DNA of 64,000 bases from the human T2T-CHM13v2.0 reference genome, Homo sapiens. The position numbers and the translations under genes are program-made. Of the stretch, positions 14,268 to 28,416 are shown one piece after another (positions within the stretch are counted from its first letter, which is position 1; every line of letters begins with the position of its first letter). Below the pieces are notes generated by a model that saw only the letters and a program-made list of their open reading frames with translations, ran no database searches and was not told the DNA's origin. Location of the stretch: NCBI RefSeq assembly GCF_009914755.1, contig NC_060948.1; one strand, 5' to 3'.

Positions 14268-17200
14268 TCAAAAGGAATGTAATCGAATGGATTGGACTGG
14301 AATGCAATGGACTCGAATAGATTGGAAACGGAAAGCAAAGGAATGGAATGGAATAGTATGCAATGGAATGGAAAGGAATGGAGTGGAATAGACTAGAGTG
14401 GAATGGAATGGACTGGAAAGCAATGGACTGGAATGGAACTTTCTTGAATGGACTGGAATCAAACGGAATGGAATGCAATGCAATCAAATGGCATGGAATA
14501 AAATAGAATGAAAGAGAATCAAATGGAATTGAATCGAATGGAATCGAATGGATTGGAAAGGAATAGAATGGAATGGAACGGAATTGACTCAAATGGAATG
14601 GACTAGAATGGAATGGATTCGAATGGAAGGCAAAGGAATGGAATCTATTGGAATGGACTGTAATGGAATGGAATGGAAGGGATTGGAATGGACTCGAATG
14701 GAATGGACTGCCATAGAAAGGATTCGAATGGAATGAAAAAGAATTGAATGGAATAGAACAGAATGGAATCAAATCGAATGAAATGGAATGGAATAGAAAG
14801 GAATGGAGTGAAATGGAATGGAAAGGATTCGAATGGAATGCAATCGAATGGAATGCAATCGAATGGAATGGAATCGAACGGAATGGAATAAAATGGAAGA
14901 AAACTGGCAAGAAATGGAATCGAAATGAACGGAGTGTTATGGAACGCACTCAAAAGGAATTGAATGTAATAGAATGGAGTGGAGTGGACTCGAATATAAT
15001 GGACTGGAATGGAATGAAATCACATGGAATGGGAACGAATGGAATGGAATGGAAAGGAATGGAATCGAATGGAAAGGAATCGAATGGAAGGGAATGAAAT
15101 TGAATCAACAGGAATGGAAGGGAGTAGAATAGACGGTAATGGAATGGACTCGAATAGAATGGACACGAATGCTCAAATTGAATGGACTCGAATGGAATGG
15201 AAACGAAAGGAATGTCATCGAATGGAATTGAATCGATTGGAATGAAATCACATAGAATGGAGTGGAATCAAATGGAATTGAATCGAAAGGAAAGGAAGCG
15301 AATGGACTGAAATGAAATGGAATGGAATTGAATGGAAATTAATGCAATGGAATAGAATGGAACGAAATTTCACGGAATGGAATCAAACTGAATGGAATCA
15401 AATCAATGGAATATAATCAAATGGAATGGAAAGGAATTGAATGGAGTAGATTGGATTGGATGGGATTGGAATGAAATGTACTGGAAAGGACTCGAATTTC
15501 ATGAAACGGAATGGAATGAATTAGAACGGAATGGACTCGAATGGAATGGAATGTCATGGAATGGCATCAAATGGAATGGAATCGAATGCGATGGAATGCT
15601 ATGGAATGGAATGGAATGCATTGGAATGGAATGTCCTCTAATGGAATGTATTCGAGTGGAATGGAATCGAATATAATGGAGTCTAATGAAATGGAATTGA
15701 AAGGAATGGGACCGAATACAATGGAATATACTGGAATGTAATGTAATGAACTCGAATGTAATTGACTGGAATGGAATGTACATGAATGGAATGTAATCGA
15801 ATGGAAAGCAATCCAATGGAATAGAATCTAATGCAATAAAATCGACTCAAATAGAGTAGAATGTAATGGAATGGAGTGCAGTGCAATGGAATGGAATGGA
15901 ATGGAATGCAATGGAATGGAATGGAATGGGATGGAATGGTATGGAATGGATAGTAATGGACTGGAGTGAAATGGACTGGAAAAGAATGGACTCAAATTGA
16001 AAGGGCTCGAAAGGAATGGAGTCAAATGGAATGGTCTGGAATGGAATGAACACGAATGTAATGCAATCCAATAGAATGGAATCGAATGGCATGGAATATA
16101 AAGAAATGGAATCGAAGAGAATGGAAACAAATGGAATGGAATTGAATGGAATGGAATTGAATGGAATGGGAACGAATGGAGTGAAATTGTATGCAGTAGA
16201 AGAGAATAGAATGGAATGCAAGCGAAAGGAAAGGAATGGATTGGAATGGAATGGAATTCATTGGAATGGAAGGGAATGTAGTGTAATGGACAGGCCTGGA
16301 ATAAAGTGGAATGCTACGGTCTCGAATGGAATAAAAATGTATGGAATGGAATGCAATGAAACGGAATCGAATGTCATAGAATGTAATGGAATGCAAAAAA
16401 ATGGACTCCAAAATCATTGACTGGAAAGGCTGGGTGTCGAAAGGAATTGACTCCAATGGAATGGAATCGAATGGAATGGAAGTGAATAGAATGGAACTAA
16501 ATCGAATGGAATGGAATTGATAGGAACGGAATGGAAAGGAATGCAATGATTTGGCATGGAATGGAATCGAATGGCATCGAATGGAATGGAATGGAATGCA
16601 ATGGAATGGAATGTATTAGAATGTAATGAACTTTAATGGAATGTACTCGAATGGATTCGACTGGAATGGAATGTTCTTGAAGTGAATGGACTCCAATGGA
16701 ATGGATTCGAAAGGAATGGAATCTAATGGAATGGAATTAAATGGAAATGAATCAAATTGAATAGAACGGAATTGAATTGAATGGAATCGAATGCAATGGA
16801 ATCTAATGAAACGGAAAGGAAAGGAATGGAATGGAATGGAAAGGGCTGGAATGGAAAGGAATCGAAACGAATGGAATGGAATCGAACTGAAGAGACTGGA
16901 ATGGAATGCACTGGAATGGAAGGGAATGTAATGGAAGGTTCTCGAAAAAAATGGAATCGAAAGGAATGGAATTGAATGGAACGGAATAGAGTCGAATGGA
17001 ATTCAATGGAATGGAATGGACTAGAGTGAAATGGAATCGAACCACAAGGAATGGACAGGAATAGAATGGTCTCGAATTGAATGGAATCGTATGGAATGGC
17101 ATCAAACGGAATGGAATGGACAGCCACGGAATGGAATGCACTCGAATGCAATGGAGTCGACACTAATGGACTGGAATAGAATGGACTCGACTGGTACGGA

Positions 17201-17786
17201 CTCCAATGGAATGGAATCGAATGGAAGGGAATGGAACGGAATGCACTCGAAGGGAAAAGACTGCAATGGAAAGGTCTCGAATGGAATGGAAATTATTGGA
17301 ATGGAATGGAATCGAATGAAATTGAGTCAAAAGGAATGGAATCGAATGGCAAGAAATCGAATGTAATGGAATCGCAAGGAATTGATGTGAACGGAACGGA
17401 ATCGAATGGAATCCAAAGGAATGGAATAGAATGGAATGGAATCGAATGGAAAGGACTCGAATGGAAATCACTCGAATAGAATGCAATTTAATAATATAGG
17501 ATCAAATGTAATGGAATGGAATGGAAAGGAATCGAAACGAAAGGAATGGAGACAGATGGAATGGAATGGAACAGAGAGCAATGGTATAGAATGGAATGGA
17601 ATCATCTGGAATGGAATTGAATGGAATGGAATAATATGAAATGGAATGGAATGGAATGGAATGCCCTTGAATTAAATGGACTGGAATGGAATGGACTCAA
17701 ACAGAGTGGAATGGAAAGTGTTGAAATAGAATGGAATGGACTCGTTTGGAATGGTCTAGTATGCAATGCAATCGACTGGCAGGGAA
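14268..17786 (+). repeat. DYZ1 unit U5 (3519 bp, subtype A with transitional 3' part)
   Basis: Landmark spacing; HaeIII at 16293; lacks the 20-bp cacccacgg duplication. Confidence 0.9.
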
Positions 17787-20700
17787 TCAAGAGGAATGTA
17801 ATCGAATGGATTGGACTGGAATGCAATGGACTCGAATAGATTGGACACGGAATGCAAAGGAATGGAATGGAATAGTATGGAATGGAATGGAAAGGAATGG
17901 AGTGGAATAGACTAGAGTGGAATGGAATGGACTCGAAAGCAATGGACTGGAATGGAACTTTCTTGAATGGACTGGAATCAAACGGAATGGAATGCAATGC
18001 AATCAAATGGCATGGAATAAAATAGAATGAAAGAGAATCAAATGGAATTGAATCGAATGGAATCGAATGGATTGGAAAGGAATAGAATGGAATGGAATGG
18101 AATTGACTCAAATGGAATGGACTAGAATGGAATGGATTCGAATGGAAGGCAAAGGAATGGAATCTATTGGAATGGACTGTAATGGAATGGAATGGAAGGG
18201 ATTGGAATGGACTCGAATGGAATGGACTGCAATAGAAAGGATTCGAATGGAATGAAAAAGAATTGAATGGAATAGAACAGAATGGAATCAAATCGAATGA
18301 AATGGAATGGAAGAGAAAGGAATGGAATGAAATGGAATGGAAAGGATTCGAATGGAATGCAATCGAATGGAATGCAATCGAATGGAATGGAATCGAACGG
18401 AATGGAATAAAATGGAAGAAAACTGGCAAGAAATGGAATCGAAATGAATGGAGTGTTATGGAACGGACTCAAAAGGAATTGAATGTAATAGAATGGAGTG
18501 GAGTGGACTCGAATATAATGGACTGGAATGGAATGAAATCACATGGAATGGGAACGAATGGAATGGAATGGAAAGGAATGGAATGGAAAGGAATGGAATC
18601 GAATGGAAAGGAATCGAATGGAAGGGAATGAAATTGAATCAACAGGAATGGAAGGAAGTAGAATAGACGGTAATGGAATGGACTCGAATAGAATGGACAC
18701 GAATGCTCAAATTGAATGGACTCGAATGGAATGGAAACGAAAGGAATGTCGTCGAATGGAATTGAATCGATTGGAATGAAATCGCATAGAATGGAGTGGA
18801 ATCAAATGGAATTGAATCGAAAGGAAAGGAAGCGAATGGTCTGAAATGAAATGGAATGGAATTGAATGGAAAGTAATGCAAGGGAATAGAATGGAACGAA
18901 ATTTCACGGAATGGAATCAAACTGAATGGAATCAAATCAATGGAATATAATCAAATGGCATGGAAAGGAATTGAATGGAGTAGATTGGATTGGATGGGAT
19001 TGGAATGAAATGTACTGGAAAGGACTCGAATTTCATGAAATGGAATGGAATGAACTGGAACGGAATGGACTCGAATGGAATGGAATGTCATGGAATGGCA
19101 TCAAATGGAATGGCATCAAATGGAATGGAATCGAATGCAATGGAATGCTATGGAATGGAATGGAATGCATTGGAATGGAATGTCCCCTAATGGAATGGAT
19201 TCGAGTGGAATGGAATCGAATATAATGGAGTCGAATGAAATGGAATTGAAAGGAAAGGGATCGAATACAATGGAATATACTGGAATGTAATGTAATGAAC
19301 TCGAATGTAATTGACTAGAATGGAATGTACATGAATGGAATGTAATCGAATGGAAAATAATCTCATGGAATAGAATCTAATGCAATAAAATCGACTCAAA
19401 TAGAATAGAATGGAATGGAGTGGAGTGCAGTGCAATGGAATGGAATGGAATGGAATGCAATGGAATGGAATGGAATGGGATGGAATGGTGTGGGATGGAT
19501 AGAAATGGACTGGAGTGAAATGGACTGGAAAGTAATGGACTCAAATTGAAAGAGCTCGAAAGAATGGAGTCAAATGGAATGGTCTGGAATGGAATGAACA
19601 CGAATGTAATGCAATCCAATAGAATGGAATCGAATGGCATGGAATAAAAAGGAATGGAATCGAAGAGAATGGAAACGAATGGAATGGAATTGAATGGAAT
19701 GGAATTGAATGGAATGGGAACGAATGGAGTGAAATTGTATGCAGTAGAAGAGAATAGAATGGAATGCAAGCGAAATTAAAGGAATGGATTGGAATGGAAT
19801 GGAATTCATTGGAATGGAAGGTAATGTATTGCAATGGACAGGCCTTTAATAAAGTGGAATGCTACGGTCTCGAATGGAATAAAAATGTATGGAATGGAAT
19901 TCAATGAAACGGAATCGAATGTCATAGAATGTAATGGAATGCAAAAAAATGGAATCCAAAATCATTGACTGGAAAGGCTGGGTGTCGAAAGGAATTGACT
20001 CCAATGGAATGAAATCGAATGGAATGGAAGTGAATAGAATCGAAGTAAATCGAATGGAATGGAATTGTTAGGAACGGAATGGAAAGGAGTGCAATGATTT
20101 GGCATGGAATGGAATCGAATGGCATTGAATGGAGTGGAATGGAATGCAATGGAATGGAATGTATTAGAATGTAATGAACATTAACGGAATGTACTCGAAT
20201 GGATTCGACTGGAATGGAATGTTCTGGAAGTGAATGGACTCCAATGGAATGGATTCGAAAGGAATGGAATGTAATGGAATGGAATTAAATGGAAACGAAT
20301 CAAATTGAATAGCACGGAATTGAATTGAATGGAATCGAATGCAATGGAATCTAATGAAATGGAAAGGAAAGGAATGGAATGGAATGGAATGGGCTGGAGT
20401 TGAATGGAATCGATACGAATGGAATGGAATAGAACTGAAGAGACTGGAATGGAATTCACTGGAATGGAAGGGAGTGTAATGGAAGGATCTCGAAAAAAAT
20501 GGAATCGAATGGAATGGAATTGAATGGAACGGAATAGAGTCGAATGGAATTCAATGGAATTGAATGGACTAGAGTGAAATGGAATCGAACCACAAGGAAT
20601 GGACAGGAATAGAATGGTCTCGAATTGAATGGAATCGTATGGAATGACATCAAACGGAATGGAATGGACAGCCACGGAATGGAATGCACTCGAATGCAAT

Positions 20701-21333
20701 GGAGTCGAAACTAATGGACTGGAATAGAATGGACTCGACTGGTACGGACTCCAATGGAATGGAATCGAAAGGAAGGGAATCGAACGGAATGGACTCGAAG
20801 GGAAAAGACTGCAATGGAAAGGTCTCGAATGGAATGGAAATTAATGGAATGGAATGGAATCGAATGAAATGGAGTCAAAAGGAATGGAATCGAATGGCAA
20901 GAAATCGAATGTAATGGAATCGCAAGGAATTGATGTGAACGGAACGGAATGGAATGGAATCCAAAGGAATGGAATAGAATGGAATGGAATCGAATGGAAA
21001 GGACTCGAATGGAAATCACTCGAATAGAATGCAATTTAATAAAATAGGATCAAAAGAATGGAATGGAATGGAAAGGAATCGAAACGAAAGGAATGGAGAC
21101 AGATGGAATGGAATGGAACAGAGAGCAATGGTATAGAATGGAATGGAATCATCTGGAATGGAATTGAATGGAATGGAATAACATGAAATGGAATGGAATG
21201 GAATGGAATGCCCTTGAATTAAATGGACTGGAATGGAATGGACTCGAACAGAGTGTAATGGAAAGTGTTGAAATAGAATGGAATGGACTCCTTTGGAATG
21301 GTCTAGTATGCAATGCAATCGACTGGCAGGGAA
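17787..21333 (+). repeat. DYZ1 unit U6 (3547 bp, divergent variant unit)
   Basis: Landmark spacing; HaeIII at 19841 in the variant context ggcctttaat; two 1-bp deletions (~19561, ~21055). Confidence 0.9.
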
Positions 21334-24300
21334 TCAAAAGGAATGTAATCGAATGGATTGGACTGGAATGCAATGGACTCGAATAGATTGGAAACGGAAT
21401 GCAAAGGAATGGAATGGAATAGTATGGAATGGAATGGAAAGGAATGGAGTGGAATAGACTAGAGTGGAATGGAATGGACTGGAAAGCAATGGACTGGAAT
21501 GGAACTTTCTTGAATGGACTGGAATCAAACGGAATGGAATGCAATGCAATCAAATGGCATGGAATCGAATGGAATGAAAGGGAATCAAATGGAATTGAAT
21601 CGAATGGAATCGAATGGATTGGAAAGGAATAGAATGGAATGGAATGGAATTGACTCAAATGGAATGTACTAGAATGGAATGGATTCGAATGGAAGGCAAA
21701 GAAATGGAATCTATTGGAATGGACTGTAATGGAATGGAATGGAAGGGATTGGAATGGACTCGAATGGAATGGACTGCAATAGAAAGGATTCGAATGGAAT
21801 GAAAAAGAATTGAATGGAATAGAACAGAATGGAATCACATCGAATGAAATGGAGTGGAATAGAAAGGAATGGAATGAAATGGAATGGAAAGGATTCGAAT
21901 GGAATGCAATCGAATGGAATGGAATCGAACGGAATGGAATAAAGTGGAAGAAAACTGGCAAGAAATGGAATCGAAATGAATGGAGTGTTATGGAACGGAC
22001 TCAAAAGGAATTGAATGTAATAGAATGGAGTGGAGTGGACTCGAATATAATGGACTGGAATGGAATGAAATCACATGGAATGGGAACGAATGGAATGGAA
22101 TGGAAAGGAATGGAATCGAATGGAAAGGAATCGAATGGAAGGGAATGAAATTGAATCAACAGGAATGGAAGGGAATAGAATAGACGGTAATGGAATGGAC
22201 TCGAATAGAATGGACACGAATGCTCAAATTGAATGTACTCGAATGGAATGGAAACGAAAGGAATGTCATCGAATGGAATTGAATCGATTGGAATGAAATC
22301 GCATAGAATGGAGTGGAATCAAATGGAATTGAATCGAAAGGAAAGGAAGCGAATGGACTGAAATGAAATGGAATGGAATTGAATGGAAAGTAATGCAATG
22401 GAATAGAATGGAACGAAATTTCACGGAATGGAATGAAACTGAATGGAATCAAATCAATGGAATCTAATCAAGTGGAAAGGAAAGGAATTGAATGGAGTAG
22501 ATTGGAATGGATGGGATTGGAATGAAATGTACTGGAAAGGACTCGAGTTTCATGAAACGGAATGGAATGAATTGGAACGGAATGGACTCGAATGGAATGG
22601 AATGTCATGGAATGGCATCAAATGGAATGGCATCAAATGGAATGGAATCGAATGCAATGGAATGCTATGGAATGGAATGGAATGCATTGGAATGGAATGT
22701 CCTCTAATGGAATAGATTCGAGTGGAATGGAATCGAATATAATGGAGTCGAATGAAATGGAATTGAAAGGAATGGGATCGAATACAATGGAATATACTGG
22801 AATGTAATGTAATGAACTCGAATGTAATTGACTGGAATGGAATGTACATGAATGGAATGTAATCGAATGGAAAGTAATCCAATGGAATAGAATCTAATGC
22901 AATAAAATCGACTCAGATAGAGTAGAATGTAATGGAATTGAGTGCAGTGCAATGGAATGGAATGGAATGGAATGCAATGGAATGGAATGGAATGGAAAGG
23001 AATGGAATGGAATGGGATGGAATGGTATGGAATGGATAGTAATGGACTGGAGTGAAATGGACTGGAAATGAATGGACTCAAATTGAAAGGGCTCGAAAGG
23101 AATGGAGTCAAAAGGAATGGTCTGGAATGGAATGAACACGAATGTAATGCAATCCAATAGAATGGAATCGAATGGCATGGAATATAAAGAAATGGAATCG
23201 AAGAGAATGGAAACAAATGGAATGGAATTGAATGGAATGGAATTGAATGGAATGGGAACGAATGGAGTGAAATTGTATGCAGTAGAAGAGAATAGAATGG
23301 AATGCAAGCGAAAGGAAAGGAATGGATTGGAATGGAATGGAATTCATTGGAATGGAAGGGAATGTAGTGTAATGGACAGGCCTGGAATAAAGTGGAATGC
23401 TACGGTCTCAAATGGAATAAAAATGTATGGAATGGAATGCAATGAAACGGAATCGAATGTCATAGAATGTAATGGAATGCAAAAAAATGGAATCCAAAAT
23501 CATTGACTGGAAAGGCTGGGTGTCGAAAGGAATTGACTCCAATGGAATGGAATCGAATGGAATGGAAGTGAATAGAATGGAACTAAATCGAATGGAATGG
23601 AATTGATAGGAACGGAATGGAAAGGAATGCAATGATTTGGCATGGAATGGAATCGAATGGCATCGAATGGAATGGAATGGAATGCAATGGAATGGAATGT
23701 ATTAGAATGTAATGAACTTTAATGGAATGTACTCGAATGGATTCGACTGGAATGGAATGTTCTGGAAGTGAATGGACTCCAATGGAATGGATTCAAAAGG
23801 AATGGAGTCGTACGGAATGGAATCTAATGGAATGGAATTAAATGGAAATGAATCAAATTGAATAGCACGGAATTGAATTGAATGGAATGGAATGCAATGG
23901 AATCTAATGAAACGGAAAGGAAAGGAATGGAATGGAATGGAATGGGCTGGAATGGAAAGGAATCGAAACGAATGGAATGGAATCGAACTGAAGAGACTGG
24001 AATGGAATGCACTGGAATGGAAGGGAGTGTAATGGAAGGTTCTCGAAAAAAATGGAATCGAATGGAATGGAATTGAATGGAACGGAATAGAGTCGAATGG
24101 AATTGAATGGAATGGAATGGACTAGAGTGAAATGGAATCGAACCACAAGGAATGGACAGGAATAGAATGGTCTCGAATTGAATGGAATCGTATGGAATGG
24201 CATCAAACGGAATGGAATGGACAGCCACGGAATGGAATGCACTCGAATGCAATGGAGTCGAAACTAATGGACTGGAATAGAATGGACTCGACTGGTACGG

Positions 24301-24887
24301 ACTCCAATGGAATGGAATCGAATGGAAGGGAATCGAACGGAATGGACTCGAAGGGAAAAGACTGCAATGGAAAGGTCTCGAATGGAACGGAAATTAATGG
24401 AATGGAATGGAATCGAATGAAATGGAGTCAAAAGGAATGGAATCGAATGGCAAGAAATCGAATGAAATGGAATCGCAAGGAATTGATGTGAACGGAACGG
24501 AATGGAATGGAATCCAAAGGAATGGAATAGAATGGAATGGAATCGAATGGAAAGGACTCGAATGGAAATCACTCGAATAGAATGCAATTTAATAAAATAG
24601 GATCAAATGTAATGGAATGGAATGGAAAGGAATCGAAACGAAAGGAATGGAGACAGATGGAATGGAATGGAACAGAGAGCAATGGTATAGAATGGAATGG
24701 AATCATCTGGAATGGAATTGAATGGAATGGAATAACATGAAATGGAATGGAATGGAATGGAATGCCTTTGAATTAAATGGACTGGAATGGAATGGTCTCG
24801 AACAGAGTGGAATGGAAAGTGTTGGAATAGAATGGAATGGACTCGTTTGGAATGGTGTAGTATGCAATGCAATCGACTGGCAGGGAA
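21334..24887 (+). repeat. DYZ1 unit U7 (3554 bp, subtype B)
   Basis: Landmark spacing; HaeIII at 23379; first unit with the tcgtacgg 15-bp insertion (~23808). Confidence 0.9.
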
Positions 24888-27800
24888 TCAAAAGGAATGT
24901 AATCGAATGGATTGGACTGGAATGCAATGGACTCGAATAGATTGGAAACGGAATGCAAAGGAATGGAATGGAATAGTATGGAATGGAATGGAAAGGAATG
25001 GAGTGGAATAGACTAGAGTGGAATGGAATGGACTGGAAAGCAATGGACTGGAATGGAACTTTCTTGAATGGACTGGAATCAAACGGAATGGAATGCAATG
25101 CAATCAAATGGCATAGAATAAGATAGAATGAAAGAGAATCAAATGGAATTGAATGGAATGGAATCGAATGGATTGGAAAGGAATAGAATGGAATGGAATG
25201 GAATTGACTCAAATGGAATGGACTAGAATGGAATGGATTCGAATGGAAGGCAAAGGAATGGAATCTATTGGAATGGACTGTAATGGAATGCAATGGAAGG
25301 GATTGGAATGGACTCGAATGGAATGGACTGCAATAGAAAGGATACGAATGGAATGAAAAAGAATTGAATGGAATAGAACAGAATGGAAACAAATCGAATG
25401 AAATGGAATGGAATAGAAAGGAATGGAATGAAATGGAATGGAAAGGATTCGAATGGAATGCAAACGAATGGAATGGAATCGAACGGAATGGAATAAAATG
25501 GAAGAAAACTGGCAAGAAATGGAATCGAAATGAATGGAGTGTTATGGAAGGGACTCAAAAGGAATTGAATGTAATAGAATGGAGTGGAGTGGACTCGAAT
25601 ATAATGGACTTGAATGGAATGAAATCACATGGAATGGGAACGAATGGAATGGAATGGAAAGGAATGGAATCGAATGGAAAGGAATCGAATGGAAGGGAAT
25701 GAAATTGAACCAACAGGAATGGAAGGGAATAGAATAGACGGTAATGGAATGGACTCGAATAGAATGGACACGAATGCTCAAATTGAATGGACTCGAATGG
25801 AATGGAAACGAAAGGAATGTCATCGAATGGAATTGAATCGATTGGAATGAAATCGCATAGAATGGAGTGGAATCAAATGGAATTGAATCGAAAGGAAAGG
25901 AAGCGAATGGACTGAAATGAAATGGAATGGAATTGAATGGAAAGTAATGCAATGGAATAGAATGGAACGAAATTTCACGGAATGGAATCAAACTGAATGG
26001 AATCAAATCAATGGAATCTAATCAAATGGAATGGAAAGGAATTGAATGGAGTAGATTGGATTGGATGGGATTGGAATGAAATGTACTGGAAAGGACTCGA
26101 ATTTCATGAAACGGAATGGAATGAATTGGAACGGAATGGACTCGAATGGAATGGAATGTCATGGAATGGCATCAAATGGAATGGCATCAAATGGAATGGA
26201 ATCGAATGCAATGGAATGCTATGGAATGGAATGGAATGCATTGGAATGGAATGTCCTCTAATGGAATGGATTCGAGTGGAATGGAATCGAATATAATGGA
26301 GTCGAATGAAATGGAATTGAAAAGAATGGGATCGAATACAATGGAATATACTGGAATGTAATGTAATGAACTCGAATGTAATTGACTGGAATGGAATGTA
26401 TATGAATGGAATGTAATCGAATGGAAAGTAATCCAATGGAATAGAATCTAATGCAATAAAATCGACTCAGATAGAGTAGAATGTAATGGAATGGAGTGCA
26501 GTGCAATGGAATGGAATGGAATGGAATGCAATGGAATGGAATGGAATGGGATGGAATGGTATGGAATGGATAGTAATGGACTGGAGTGAAATGGACTGGA
26601 AAGGAATGGACTCAAATTGAAAGGGCTCGAAAGGAATGGAGACAAATGGTATGGTCTGGAATGGAATGAACACGAATGTAATGCAATCCAATAGAATAGA
26701 GTCGAATGGCATGGAATATAAAGAAATGGAATCGAAGAGAATAGAAACAAATGGAATGGAATTGAATGGAATGGAATTGAGTGGAATGGGAACGAATTGA
26801 GTGAAATTGTATGCAGTAGAAGAGAATAGAATGGAATGCAAGCGAAAGGAAAGGAATGGATTGGAATGGAATGGAATTCATTGGAATGGAAGGGAATGTA
26901 GTGTAATGGACAGGCCTGGAATAAAGTGGAATGCTACGGTCTCGAGTGGAATAAAAATGTATGGATTGGAATGCAATGAAACGGAATCGAATGTCATAGA
27001 ATGTAATGGAATGCAAAAAAATGGAATCCGAAATCATTGACTGGAAAGGCTGGGTGTCGAAAGGAATTGACTCCAATGGAATGGAATCGAATGGAATGGA
27101 AGTGAATAGAATCGAACTAAATCGAATGGAATGGAATTGATAGGAACGGAATGGAAAGGAATGCAATGATTTGGCATGGAATGGAATCGAATGGCATCGA
27201 ATGGAATGGAATGGAATGCAATGGAATGGAATGTATTAGAATGTAATGAACTTTAATGGAATGTACTCGAAAGGATTTGACTGGAATGGAATGTTCTGGA
27301 AGTGAATGGACTCCAATGGAATGGATTCGAAAGGAATGGAATCGTACGGAATGGAATCTAATGGAATGGAATTAAATGGAAATGAATCAAATTGAATAGC
27401 ACGGAATTGAATTGAATGGAATGGAATGCAATGGAATCTAATGAAACGGAAAGGAAAGGAATGCAATGGAATGGAATGGGCTGGAATGGAAAGGAATCGA
27501 AACGAATGGAATGGAATCGAACTGAAGAGACTGGAATGGAATGCACTGGAATGGAAGGGAGTGTAATGGAAGGTTCTCGAAAAAAATGGAATCGAATGGA
27601 ATGGAATTGAGTGGAACGGAATAGAGTCGAATGGAATTGAATGGAATGGAATGGACTAGAGTGAAATGGAATCGAACCACAAGGAATGGACAGGAATAGA
27701 ATGGTCTCGAATTGAATGGAATCGTATGGAATGGCATCAAACGGAATGGAATGGACAGCCACGGAATGGAATGCACTCGAATGCAATGGAGTCGAAACTA

Positions 27801-28416
27801 ATGGACTGGAATAGAATGGACTCGACTGGTACGGACTCCAATGGAATGGAATCGAATGGAAGGGAATCGAACGGAATGGACTCAAAGGGAAAAGACTGCA
27901 ATGGAACGGTCTCGAATGGAATGGAAATTAATGGAATGGAATGGAATCGAATGAAATGGAGTCAAAAGGAATGGAATCAAATGGCAAGAAATCGAATGTA
28001 ATGGAATCGCAAGGAATTGATATGAACGGAACGGAATGGAATGGAATCCAAAGGAATGGAATAGAATGGAATGGAATCGAATGGAAAGGACTCGAATGGA
28101 AATCACTCGAATAGAATGCAATTTAATAAAATAGGATCAAATGTAATGGAATGGAATGGAAAGGAATCGAAACGAAAGGAATGGAGACAGATGGAATGGA
28201 ATGGAACAGATAGCAATGGTATACAATGGAATGGAATCATCTGGAATGGAATTGAATGGAATGCAATAATATGAAATGGAATGGAATGGAATGGAATGGA
28301 ATGCCCTTGAATTAAATGGACTGGACTCGAACAGAGTGGAATGGAAAGTGTTGAGATAGAATGGAATGGACTCCTTTGGAATGGTCTAGTATGCAATGCA
28401 ATCGACTGGCAGGGAA
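24888..28416 (+). repeat. DYZ1 unit U8 (3529 bp, subtype B)
   Basis: Landmark spacing; HaeIII at 26913. Confidence 0.9.
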
